Notes: generated from the sequence alone by a model not told the origin. Counted from the first letter of the stretch, positions 1 through 9,142 are shown. The stretch: 32,000 nucleotides of DNA from Promethearchaeum syntrophicum (GCF_008000775.2 NZ_CP042905.2:660001-692000), one strand, 5' to 3'. Made by a program: numbers and translations.

Positions 1-1176
1 GAATGGGATAGTGGTATGAGTATGAGAAAGGCAATTTACAAACTCTACCCTCAAGCTATCCCCTCAACTTATGTACGTGATAAGAAAGTATGTATTACTT
101 GTCAAACGTGTGTTAATTTATGTCCTGTAGGAGCTGTAGATTTCTCAATGAAGAAAACTATAACTACTGTCAAAGTTGGCTCAATAATAGTAGCAACGGG
201 ATATGATGAATACGATCCTTCTGAAATTGAACCATATCATTATGGACAACCGGGTTATGAAGATATAATTACACAATTACAGTTTGAGAGGATGTTAAAT
301 CCTGTTTCGTTAACGGGGTCAAATATTTTACGACCATCTGACGGTAGCGTTCCAAAACGAGTTGTTATGATACAATGTGTGGGGTCGAGAAATGAACAAG
401 TAGGAAACGAATATTGCACTGGTGTTTGTTGCATGTTTGGAAATAAGAACGCGCAAATGATTAAAGAAATCAATCCTGAAACGGATGTAATTATGTGTTA
501 TATCGATATGAGAACTCCTGGAATATATTATGAAGAATTTTATAAAAAATCTCAAGAGATGGGAATAAAATTCATTCGGGGTAGACCTTCAGAAATTGAA
601 AGAAATCCTCTTACTGGTGAATTAACTGTGATCGTTGAAGATACATTATCATTATCACCAATGGAAATACAAGCAGATATGATCGTTCTATCTGCAGCTA
701 TGGTTCCTCCAAGAGGAATTGGTCCACTTGGGTCAAAACTTCAAATTCTACGAATGAAGGAAGGATTTTTCAAAGAATTCCATATTAAAATGAACCCAAC
801 TAAATCTTCAAAAGATGGAATTTTTTTGGCAGGAGCTATTCAGGGTCCAAAGGATATAACACAGTCTGTCGCACAAGCGGGTAGTGCTGCAGCTCTTGCA
901 GCTGCCCCTTTAGTAAGAGGGTATATAGAGAAAGAGATGATAATTCCTTTAATTGATCATGTAAGTTGTACTTTATGTGGAGCATGTAAAACTGTATGCC
1001 CATTCGGAGCCTTAGATATCAAGAATGAAAAATTGGAATTAAATGAAGTTGCTTGCAAAGGATGTGGCTTGTGTCAACCGATTTGCCCAACTGCTGCAAT
1101 CCAATTGATAAATACACGCGAAGATGAACTTTATGATGAAATTGTAGGAATTACAGGAGGAATTACAAATGCTTAG
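1..1176 (+). CDS. hdrA: Heterodisulfide reductase subunit A-like protein (HdrA), C-terminal part; 5' end truncated by window edge
   Basis: Open frame runs from base 1 (EWDSGMSMRK...). Ferredoxin motif CITCQTCVNLCP, HdrA hallmark QCVGSRNE...YCTGVCCMFGNKNA, and C-terminal 2x[4Fe-4S] CTLCGACKTVCP / CKGCGLCQPICP. The ATG at 16 is probably internal. Confidence 0.93.
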   Translation, partial: EWDSGMSMRKAIYKLYPQAIPSTYVRDKKVCITCQTCVNLCPVGAVDFSMKKTITTVKVGSIIVATGYDEYDPSEIEPYHYGQPGYEDIITQLQFERMLNPVSLTGSNILRPSDGSVPKRVVMIQCVGSRNEQVGNEYCTGVCCMFGNKNAQMIKEINPETDVIMCYIDMRTPGIYYEEFYKKSQEMGIKFIRGRPSEIERNPLTGELTVIVEDTLSLSPMEIQADMIVLSAAMVPPRGIGPLGSKLQILRMKEGFFKEFHIKMNPTKSSKDGIFLAGAIQGPKDITQSVAQAGSAAALAAAPLVRGYIEKEMIIPLIDHVSCTLCGACKTVCPFGALDIKNEKLELNEVACKGCGLCQPICPTAAIQLINTREDELYDEIVGITGGITNA

Positions 1177-1582
1177 TGAACAAAAAGATGTTCTTGCCTT
1201 TATGTGTGCTGAATGTGGTCAAGGTGCTGCAGTCACTGCAGGTGTTGCTAGATTAAAATATGATACTTCTGTCAAAATCATTCGAGTAAAGTGCAGTGGC
1301 TTAGTAGGACCTATCCAAATAATGGATGCATTAAAAAATGGAGCAGATGCAGTTGCCGTAATTGGTTGCTGCTTTCAGGCTTGTCATTTTTTCAATGGGA
1401 ATTTTCTTTCTATGCATCGAATAAAACTTATGAAAAAGCTCTTTAAGGAAATGGGATACAGCGATCAAATGATTAATCATTATACTGCTCGAGCTGCGGA
1501 AGGTGAAACTGCTACTGGGGATTTTGAAGATGCTATTGAACGTTTGATGAAAGCAGAAGAAGAAGGAGGAACTTTTGCATGA
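1169..1582 (+). CDS. mvhD: MvhD/VhuD-type hydrogenase iron-sulfur (delta) subunit
   Basis: 137 aa; CAECGQGAAVTAG, KCSGLVGP and GCCFQACHFFNGN correspond to the MvhD cysteine pattern; start overlaps the hdrA 3' end by 8 nt. Confidence 0.85.
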   Translation: MLSEQKDVLAFMCAECGQGAAVTAGVARLKYDTSVKIIRVKCSGLVGPIQIMDALKNGADAVAVIGCCFQACHFFNGNFLSMHRIKLMKKLFKEMGYSDQMINHYTARAAEGETATGDFEDAIERLMKAEEEGGTFA

Positions 1583-2835
1583 AAATTGGGATTTTTCAAT
1601 TAAATGGTTGCAATAAATGTTTCAATGAAACAATTTTATTAGATAAACACATAAAATCTAAAAATGAAATTTATAGAATAAAAAATTCTGAAATTGAATC
1701 ATGGTCTGAGAAAGAGCTTGATTATGCAGTTGTAACGGGGTATATAAAACCAGAAAACCATGAATTTCTTCAAAATTTATCTAAAAATTCAAAAAATATA
1801 GTGGGATATGGAAGTTGTGCAACAACAGGAGGAATTTTCGGGTTAGCTTACCAAAATGGATATAAAATCTCACCAATCGGAAAAATAATCTCAGATGCAG
1901 CAATTGTTGATGGGTGTTTGGGTGAAATTGAAGAATTATCTGAAATTTTACAAGGTAATCCTTTATCAAATGATAGCAATCTATGTAAATCTTGCGCACG
2001 AAAATCAACATGTGAATATCTTGATGAAGTAGTTCGTCAAATTGATCCTCAAGATGATATCGAGAGTTGCTATAATGATTTCGGATATATGTGTACAGGT
2101 TACATTGCCAAAGCATGTAAAGAAATGTGTGTCAACTATGGAACTCCTTGTCGAGGTTGTAAGCCATCAATAGATCGTGCTGGGTTTAGAATGTTAGGAA
2201 TGTTTGGAACCCTCATGGGAAATATAGAAGTGGCCACAGAAGCAACTGGTAAAGGTGGAACAGATAAATTAGCTGATGTAGATGATGATATTACAAGAAG
2301 TATTCCCGATATTACTGGTAATTTCTTTAGATTTAATCTTGCTAATTCAGTTTTACCAATTGGAAGAATTCAATCTAATGGATCTATATTGTCTGACATA
2401 TTTATTGGACGACCGATTGAGGAATTACCCCTTATTTCAGGTTGCATGGGAGGGAACAACTTCATTTCAATCACTTTGGATTTAATTCAAGCCTATGAAA
2501 ATGGTTTAGGTGATGATTTACCAGTGAGTAAAAAGACAACAGAATTACGAAATTCTTTATTATCTTTAGAGAAGGATTTAAATTCGGCTTTAAAAGAAAG
2601 TAATATTGAACAATATGAAACTATCACTAATCAAATTAGGAAACTTGCAGGAAACATGAATCTATCAAATCTATTTTTTGGAGGATTCAAAGTTCCAATT
2701 GAGGGTAGTGATGATTTTGAGGAATACAAGAAAATTATTTTTGAAAATATAGAAGGCGATTATCAAAATGGTCAAGTTAAGTATTCTCTAGATAATCAAG
2801 GATTAGTTACCAAATTTGAAATCTTGGAGGCATAA
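1579..2835 (+). CDS. [NiFe]-hydrogenase small-subunit-like (MvhG/FrhG/20 kDa type) iron-sulfur protein
   Basis: 418 aa; N-terminal NGCNKCFNE, internal GYGSCATTGGIFGL, VDGCLGEIEEL, plus further Cys motifs (CKSCARKSTC, CTGYIAKACKEMC, PCRGCKP). Overlaps mvhD by 4 nt. Confidence 0.75.
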   Translation: MKIGIFQLNGCNKCFNETILLDKHIKSKNEIYRIKNSEIESWSEKELDYAVVTGYIKPENHEFLQNLSKNSKNIVGYGSCATTGGIFGLAYQNGYKISPIGKIISDAAIVDGCLGEIEELSEILQGNPLSNDSNLCKSCARKSTCEYLDEVVRQIDPQDDIESCYNDFGYMCTGYIAKACKEMCVNYGTPCRGCKPSIDRAGFRMLGMFGTLMGNIEVATEATGKGGTDKLADVDDDITRSIPDITGNFFRFNLANSVLPIGRIQSNGSILSDIFIGRPIEELPLISGCMGGNNFISITLDLIQAYENGLGDDLPVSKKTTELRNSLLSLEKDLNSALKESNIEQYETITNQIRKLAGNMNLSNLFFGGFKVPIEGSDDFEEYKKIIFENIEGDYQNGQVKYSLDNQGLVTKFEILEA

Positions 2836-2837
2836 AA

Positions 2838-5297
2838 ATGAGTTTTGAATTATTAAAAATGGAAATTATTGATGCGGGATTATGTCAAGGGTGTGGTCTC
2901 TGTGCTGGGTTATGTAAACATATTGAAATGGTTGATTTAAAACCCGCGATTGTTGATTATTGCATAGTAACAAAAGAAGGATTAGCATGTGGTAAATGTT
3001 ATGATCAATGTCCTCAAATTACCCAAAAACAATTGAAAGTGAAAGAATCTCCAATAGATATTGTAGCTTTGAAAACTGCTGATGAAAAGATCCTTGAAAA
3101 AGCGGCTAGTGGAGGGTTTGTGACAACTTTGAACAAATATCTTCTTGATACTAAGAAAGTCACACAATTAATTGAAGTAAGAGATTTAGGAGGGATTCCA
3201 GAAGGGGAAATCACTACTGATCCTACAAAGGTTCATCAATATGCAGGAGTTGCATACGGTAGATCTGGATCCTTACAAAAATTAGTTGAAGTTTTAGGAG
3301 TAGAACATGGGCAAATTGGTATCGTTGGCGTCCCTTGCGAAATACGTGGAGCAGCAGAGTTAGAAAAACAAAATAAGGCAGATATTTTTAAAATCGGTCT
3401 TTTTTGCAATGCAAATATTAGATCAGGCGAACGAGATGATAATGGAGTTGTTTTTTCCCCATGCCGTCGAATGTGTCCTGCTGGTGTTGACGCATCAGGA
3501 TATGTTAATTACATCCGACAAGGTAAATTTCAAGAGGCTGTAGATCTTATTAGAGACATGAATCCTTTACCTAGTGTATGTGGGCGGGTATGCACTCATG
3601 AATGTGAATATAATTGCACATTAATAGGTACGAATCATCCTATAGCAATACGGGAATTAAAGAAATTTGTCACAGAATGGGAAATGGATTTAGAGAAGAA
3701 AAACTGGAAAAATCCAAAAAAAGAAGAAAATGCCAAAAAAGTTGCAATTATTGGATCTGGTCCCTCTGGGCTTTCATGTGCATATTATTTAGCTAATAAA
3801 GGTTATCGTCCAACAATATTTGAAAAAACAGATAAACTAGGCGGTATGTTAAGGTTTGGGATTCCAAAATTCAGATTACCAGATGAAGTCTTAGATTATG
3901 ATATTGAATTTATTAAGAGTGCTGGTGTAGAATTTAAGCTAAACTCTCCGATAGGTCCAAATTTAACATTTAATGATTTAAAAAAGCAAGGATATGAAGC
4001 GTTTTATGTAAGTTTAGGTCAATACAAACCTAATACTTTACACCTTCCAGGCGAAGATTTAGAGAATGTTCATATGGCTATTGATTTTCTAATGAAAAGA
4101 AAATATCGACATTGGGAAAATTTAGACGAATTCAAAGATAAAACAATTGGAATTGTTGGTGGTGGTCCTGTGGCAGTCGATGTTGCCCAAACAGCTCTTC
4201 GCTTAGGAGCAAAAAAAATAATTCTAATTGATATACAAAATGAGAAAGCTTTAACTATGGTTATTGCAGATATTCCTGAAAATGAGTATAAATTTATGGA
4301 GTACAAATTCAACACTTCAACATCCAAATTAACCCAAGAAGGGGATAAAATTCGGTTTCATAGTCACAAAATTAAAATTGACACAACAGATGGTAAATTC
4401 AAATTGGATAAGATTGAAGGAACAGAATTTACCTTTGATGTAGATAGTGTGGTTATGGCAGTGGGGCAATCTGTTGATTTTACGGAATTTGATAAAGCTC
4501 TCTCCCAAGAAATAAAAAAAGTTCGAGGAAAAATCTTGGTTGATGAATTAACATTTGAAACTAATGTACCTGGAATTTTTGCTGGTGGTGACATAGTAGT
4601 TCGCGGGAAAAACGTAGCCGTAGCAGCAATCGCCCATGGAAGAGAAGCTGCTGAATCAATTAAACGCTATTTAAAAAATCAAGATATGACAAAAGGTAGG
4701 ATGGATAGAACTACAATGTTTTTCCATGGTGCTCTCTCAGCGCCTGAAGATGTTTCTCAAAAACCACCTTTAGAAGTACCTGTGGATGAGACTTGGACAA
4801 ATTTTGAAGAATTTGAAGGGAAATTTACAAAGGAAATGGCAATGAATGAGGCAAATAGATGTTTTACGTGTAATTACTATTGCACTCATTGTCAAGATTT
4901 TGGTGCAATTCACGCCGATTTAACTGCGGGTGATATTGGTTCTGATAAAGATTTTACAACCGTTGTAATTTGGACTAAAAAAGGATATCGTGTGGTACAA
5001 GATATGATTAAAAAAGGTTTAGTGATCGAAGGACCAGTCCAAAAAGAGGCAGTTGATTTAGCAATAGATAAGAAAATGAAGCGAAAATTAATTGAACACG
5101 CTAAAACTCCTCGAGAGAAAATTGAGCAATGGATTAAATTAAATGGATCGGCAACGATACCAAAATTAAGTGAAATCCTCGATATGCCTGTTACAAATAC
5201 TCGTTATAACGCTTTACGATTAGCTCAGGAAAAGAAATTAAGTATGGAAATTATTGATGGAAATCCTGTTTTTTCAATAATGGTAGAAGAAATGTAA
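2838..5297 (+). CDS. Fusion protein: N-terminal 4Fe-4S/FrhB-FdhB-like domain plus GltD/NfnL-like NAD(P)/FAD oxidoreductase
   Basis: 819 aa. N-term CQGCGLCAGLC and CGKCYDQCP, then FrhB-like 'EKAASGGFVTTLNKYLL...GVPCEIRGAAELEKQ...FKIGLFC'. Followed by GltD-like CRRMCPAGVDASGYVNYIRQGKFQEAVDLIRDMNPLPSVCGRVCTHECEYNC and two Rossmann motifs (IIGSGPSG, IVGGGPVA). Confidence 0.88.
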   Translation: MSFELLKMEIIDAGLCQGCGLCAGLCKHIEMVDLKPAIVDYCIVTKEGLACGKCYDQCPQITQKQLKVKESPIDIVALKTADEKILEKAASGGFVTTLNKYLLDTKKVTQLIEVRDLGGIPEGEITTDPTKVHQYAGVAYGRSGSLQKLVEVLGVEHGQIGIVGVPCEIRGAAELEKQNKADIFKIGLFCNANIRSGERDDNGVVFSPCRRMCPAGVDASGYVNYIRQGKFQEAVDLIRDMNPLPSVCGRVCTHECEYNCTLIGTNHPIAIRELKKFVTEWEMDLEKKNWKNPKKEENAKKVAIIGSGPSGLSCAYYLANKGYRPTIFEKTDKLGGMLRFGIPKFRLPDEVLDYDIEFIKSAGVEFKLNSPIGPNLTFNDLKKQGYEAFYVSLGQYKPNTLHLPGEDLENVHMAIDFLMKRKYRHWENLDEFKDKTIGIVGGGPVAVDVAQTALRLGAKKIILIDIQNEKALTMVIADIPENEYKFMEYKFNTSTSKLTQEGDKIRFHSHKIKIDTTDGKFKLDKIEGTEFTFDVDSVVMAVGQSVDFTEFDKALSQEIKKVRGKILVDELTFETNVPGIFAGGDIVVRGKNVAVAAIAHGREAAESIKRYLKNQDMTKGRMDRTTMFFHGALSAPEDVSQKPPLEVPVDETWTNFEEFEGKFTKEMAMNEANRCFTCNYYCTHCQDFGAIHADLTAGDIGSDKDFTTVVIWTKKGYRVVQDMIKKGLVIEGPVQKEAVDLAIDKKMKRKLIEHAKTPREKIEQWIKLNGSATIPKLSEILDMPVTNTRYNALRLAQEKKLSMEIIDGNPVFSIMVEEM

Positions 5298-5318
5298 AAT
5301 TATAAGAAGTGAAATAAA

Positions 5319-5555
5319 ATGAACTATGACGCAACATTAGATACACAAGGTTTGGTATGCCCTGTTCCAGCATTAAAAACCAAAAAGCAATTAGGTAAGA
5401 TGAAACCTGGTCAAATCTTAAAGGTCGTAACAGATTATAAACCAGCAAGTGAATCAGTGCCCAGAGATTTAGCTAAAACAAAGCATAAGTTACTTGGTGT
5501 TGAAGAAGATGAAGATGAAGAAATTTGGGAAATTTATTTTGAATGTGTCAAATAA
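5319..5555 (+). CDS. tusA: TusA-family sulfur carrier protein
   Basis: 78 aa; DTQGLVCPVPALKTKKQLGKMKPGQILKVVTD is the classic TusA/SirA CPxP motif and fold pattern. Confidence 0.9.
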   Translation: MNYDATLDTQGLVCPVPALKTKKQLGKMKPGQILKVVTDYKPASESVPRDLAKTKHKLLGVEEDEDEEIWEIYFECVK

Positions 5556-5601
5556 AAAAAAAAAAAATTAAATTTCTCAATACTATTCGGTTCTATTTTT
5601 T

Positions 5602-6705
5602 TTATTTTTCGATTTTTTCCTCTTTCTTATCATTAATCTCTTGTTTTTCCTCTTTCTCTTTTTGTTCTTTATCGGGTGTATAAAAAAAAGAAATAAAATC
5701 CATACTTTGATCGAAAGCTAAGTGCCGATCTGCTATAGCATCCAGATGAAGCAAATCCCTCATAAAAGCAACATTATTATGCCTTTGAGCAAATTCTTGA
5801 ATATGAGATTTGAAACCCTCGATATTGAGTACATTATAATCTTCAATTAATTTACTGATCTCAAAATTACCCCCTTCTAGAATGTAGGTTTGGAATTGCT
5901 TCCTATCTTTACTTCTTTTCATTGAAATTTTTTCAAAATCAAGACGTAGCATAATGTATATAATTATGAAAACAAACGAAAATTGAATGATATCTGCTGA
6001 TGGATTAACATCGGTTGTAGGAATGATTAATCGCAAGAAAAATAAAATCGGATAGTCATCAATTAAAGCATTGAGTGGATCTAAATTGACTGCAACAAAA
6101 GATCCGAGCCATGCGATCAATGTACACAATATGGTTTTTCCTAAGAAACAAGGAGGAATCGATTTCCAGTATGGATATTTCATCATACCCAAAGGAACTA
6201 GAATGGCATCATCAGGGAAGGGAGTCAATGCGAAAAAGAAGACTGTTAATGGAATTCTGGCTGGTTTTTCTTCGAATTTTAGTTTTATTCGATGAAATTT
6301 CTCTCCCATCTCCGATGATTTCATCTTTTTAGAGGCTCCTATTACCCTTCCAATAATGTAACTAGTAATTTCTCCAACGGCTGCTCCGAGTCCTGATACG
6401 ATTCCTAAAAGAATCCAGTTCGGATAACTTTGTGCGATGTCGTATACAATCAAAATATATGGGAATACAATTAAAATACTAGTATTTCCGAAAGTGGCAA
6501 ATGCAAATGCGGTTAATAGAGCTGTTGTAGATCCAACAGCTATATCGTGCCAGTGCATTGATAATGATGCAATATTATCATAAATCCATGTGTCTTCTTT
6601 AATTATAAAAGCTAATACATACAAAAACGTCAAAATGACAAAAGTAAAAATTTCTAAATTTCTGATACGAAAACGAAATTTTCCAATTCTAAATTTCTTG
6701 TCCAT
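5602..6705 (-). CDS. Multi-pass membrane protein with VTT/DedA-like (SNARE-associated Golgi) region and long charged C-terminus
   Basis: Several hydrophobic helices; GxxSGLGAAVGEITSYIIGR-like motif. Start moved from 6786 to the internal ATG at 6705 (MDKKFRIGK...), because the longer version would overlap the divergent gene starting at 6768. Confidence 0.62.
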   Translation of the reverse strand: MDKKFRIGKFRFRIRNLEIFTFVILTFLYVLAFIIKEDTWIYDNIASLSMHWHDIAVGSTTALLTAFAFATFGNTSILIVFPYILIVYDIAQSYPNWILLGIVSGLGAAVGEITSYIIGRVIGASKKMKSSEMGEKFHRIKLKFEEKPARIPLTVFFFALTPFPDDAILVPLGMMKYPYWKSIPPCFLGKTILCTLIAWLGSFVAVNLDPLNALIDDYPILFFLRLIIPTTDVNPSADIIQFSFVFIIIYIMLRLDFEKISMKRSKDRKQFQTYILEGGNFEISKLIEDYNVLNIEGFKSHIQEFAQRHNNVAFMRDLLHLDAIADRHLAFDQSMDFISFFYTPDKEQKEKEEKQEINDKKEEKIEK

Positions 6706-6767
6706 GAGTTTATTTTGAAGAAGAGAATTAAAAAATTTTGTAGTATTTATTAATTTACTGATATCAA

Positions 6768-7880
6768 ATGAAATTAATACTACCAATTGCTGGAGTAGGT
6801 CTTAGGTTAAGGCCTTTTACAAGCACAAAACCGAAAGGATTCGTACAAATTGCTGGATCTAGGGGAGTTGATCATATTTTAAAGAAAATAGGATCATCAT
6901 TGCCAGATAAAACACCTATCGCATTGATTACGGGTTATAAGAAACAACAGATTCAGCAATATGTTGAAGAAAACTATTCCAATCAATTTAATCCCTCGTT
7001 TATAGAACAGATCCCAAGGGGATATAATGGAGATATTCCTTATTTTTCAGGTTTAGGCCACGCAATTCTTCTCTCTAAAGAATGGTATGAAAGAACTGCC
7101 GATATCGAAGGTAGATTAAATCCAAATGATTCATTAATCTTTTTAAGTGATATGATCCCTGTAAACAATTACGATTTCATCTTGAAGGATTTAGAAAAAG
7201 AAGATAATGATGGAATAATTGGTTCAATGACTGTCCCGGATGAAAAAACTCGCTTTTACGGGATTATCGAAACGAATAAAGATGGATATATTTATTCTCT
7301 AGTTGAAAAACCTGAGAAAACCAAATCTAATCAAGCTATTGCAGGAGTTTATGCTTTTAAAGCTAAAGCGATGAAAAGATTATATGAAATTTTAGATGAA
7401 CAATATAAAAAACACTTAGATATTATCGATACTCTGGAGAAAAAAGAATTTCAATTAACACCTGCACTTCAACAATTGGTAGAAGAAGGATTTAAATTAA
7501 AAAGTGCCTCTTTTAAAAAGGGTATCTTGGATTTTGGGCGACCTGAAGCGTTATTAAACAGTAATCGAATATTACTTGACGCAATGGATTCAGATTATCA
7601 GAAACATAAAGTTGAAATCATAGATTCAGTAATAATTAATCCTTCAGCTATTGAGACTGGAACAAAAATTGTGCATTCAGTAGTTGGACCTTATTCCAGT
7701 ATAGGAAAAAATTGTGTAATTGAAGATTGTAACCTAAATAATGTTGTTATAGGTGACAATTGTGTTTTAAAAAAAATTATAACTAGGAAGTCTATTGTAG
7801 GAGATTTTGTCCAGATCGAATCCATCATTAAAAATCATATGACAATAGGGGACAACACAACCCTTTATAGCGATTTCTAG
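6768..7880 (+). CDS. Sugar-phosphate nucleotidyltransferase (glucose-1-phosphate thymidylyl-/UTP-transferase family) with C-terminal left-handed beta-helix
   Basis: 370 aa; N-term LILPIAGVGLRLRPFTSTKPKGFVQIAG, LVEKPEKTKSNQAIAGVYAF, and C-terminal hexapeptide-like repeats (VGPYSSIGKNCVIEDCNLNNVVIGDNCVLKK). Confidence 0.88.
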   Translation: MKLILPIAGVGLRLRPFTSTKPKGFVQIAGSRGVDHILKKIGSSLPDKTPIALITGYKKQQIQQYVEENYSNQFNPSFIEQIPRGYNGDIPYFSGLGHAILLSKEWYERTADIEGRLNPNDSLIFLSDMIPVNNYDFILKDLEKEDNDGIIGSMTVPDEKTRFYGIIETNKDGYIYSLVEKPEKTKSNQAIAGVYAFKAKAMKRLYEILDEQYKKHLDIIDTLEKKEFQLTPALQQLVEEGFKLKSASFKKGILDFGRPEALLNSNRILLDAMDSDYQKHKVEIIDSVIINPSAIETGTKIVHSVVGPYSSIGKNCVIEDCNLNNVVIGDNCVLKKIITRKSIVGDFVQIESIIKNHMTIGDNTTLYSDF

Positions 7881-7987
7881 CAATAATTGTTAATTAGTTA
7901 AGGATAAAACAGATCTCTAAAAAACTTTTATGAAATATTTTTAGGTCCTCGTAATTTTGTCATACTATAAGTCAATAAGCTGATATT

Positions 7988-9142
7988 ATGAAATTAAATC
8001 CTCAGAAAAACCCCCAAAAAATAGCTTTATTCGGTTTAAATTATGCAGGTAAGACATCAATCCTCAAAACAATTCTGTATGAATTTGAAGCATTTGCCCA
8101 TATTCTCCCTACAACCGGAGTAGATCGCACTGAATTGGATTTTTTTGGAAAATCTCTTCTAATTTGGGATTTTGGTGGTCAATCTGTTTATCGAGATGAT
8201 TATTTAAAGCAACCTATTAGGTATTTTCAACGTATAAAATATTTTTATTATGTTGTTGATGTGCAAGATATTGATAGGATCAAAGAGAGTGCTGAATATT
8301 TTCTCAAACTTATCAAATTAACAACAGAATACAGCGATGATTTTAAAATTTTCATCTTTTTTCATAAGATTGATCCAAATTATAGGGGAAAAACAAAATT
8401 TGAAGAATCGGAGAATCGATTCCTTGTTGAAATTCTTCCAACGATTAATGAATTAAAATTCACTCCTACTTATTTTTATACTTCTATATATAACCCTATT
8501 AGTGTTATTTCAGCTTTTTCACAACCACTATTAGGAAATGAGACAATTTATCAAACCTTAAGCGATGCCCTTGATAGTTTTTGCTTTAATATTGATCTTG
8601 AATTTGGGTTACTTTTTGTTCAAAACTTTATTATTGGTAGTCATTTCTCCGAGCCAGAAATAATCTCAAAAATTAGTAAAAAAATGACAATGTATTTGGA
8701 AGATTTAGATGAATTTGAAGATTGTCCACCCTTTACCGTCGATCCATATAAAATTTTTACAAAAAATTTCGTAATCTCAGTAGGAGACAATAATTTCTAT
8801 TTCCATTTTTCTGTAGGGATTAATATTCTAAACATTCCCGATGATATGGATGAAATTTTTGATGCTATGGATGAATACACATATAATTTGCGGAAAATAT
8901 TAGAAAATTCGGAATTAATTCGAACAGGTGAACTCAGAAATGAAGAAATTTTGAGTGGAATTAATGAATTGGAGACTAGATATATAATAACTGAAGAAGA
9001 AGAGCTCGAAGGTTTGGAACAAGAAGATAAAATCAAGAATATCCAAAGAAATTTGGAATTAGAGATAATGGAAAACAAGGTAATGGAAGAGGATGACCAA
9101 GAGAATATTGAAGAAGTTGAAGAAAATGATTTCAAAGATTGA
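7988..9142 (+). CDS. Rag/Gtr/Arf-like small GTPase domain protein with long C-terminal extension
   Basis: 384 aa; P-loop GLNYAGKTS, switch II LLIWDFGGQSVYRDDYLKQPIRYFQRIKYFYYVVDVQD, G4-like IFFHKIDPN (HKxD as in Rag/Gtr). C-terminus is Glu/Asp rich. Confidence 0.82.
   Translation: MKLNPQKNPQKIALFGLNYAGKTSILKTILYEFEAFAHILPTTGVDRTELDFFGKSLLIWDFGGQSVYRDDYLKQPIRYFQRIKYFYYVVDVQDIDRIKESAEYFLKLIKLTTEYSDDFKIFIFFHKIDPNYRGKTKFEESENRFLVEILPTINELKFTPTYFYTSIYNPISVISAFSQPLLGNETIYQTLSDALDSFCFNIDLEFGLLFVQNFIIGSHFSEPEIISKISKKMTMYLEDLDEFEDCPPFTVDPYKIFTKNFVISVGDNNFYFHFSVGINILNIPDDMDEIFDAMDEYTYNLRKILENSELIRTGELRNEEILSGINELETRYIITEEEELEGLEQEDKIKNIQRNLELEIMENKVMEEDDQENIEEVEENDFKD

Noticed and set aside
255-555. 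Two antisense ORFs (72 and 75 aa) within hdrA
   Set aside because: Fully inside a strongly conserved coding frame; no recognisable motif.
1781-3214. ORFs at 1781-2116, 2282-2485, 2982-3167 and 3014-3214
   Set aside because: Overlap long conserved genes; low-complexity or unrecognisable translations typical of AT-rich shadow frames.
3614-4594. ORFs at 3614-3796, 4070-4327 and 4364-4594
   Set aside because: Inside the FrhB-GltD fusion gene; the fusion frame carries all the motifs.
6071-6332. Two plus-strand ORFs inside the VTT-like gene
   Set aside because: Overlapping each other and a longer multi-TM frame; no domain pattern.
8797-9135. 112-aa Ser/Ile-rich minus-strand ORF
   Set aside because: Antisense of the Glu/Lys-rich tail of the Rag-like GTPase; composition is a mirror artefact.
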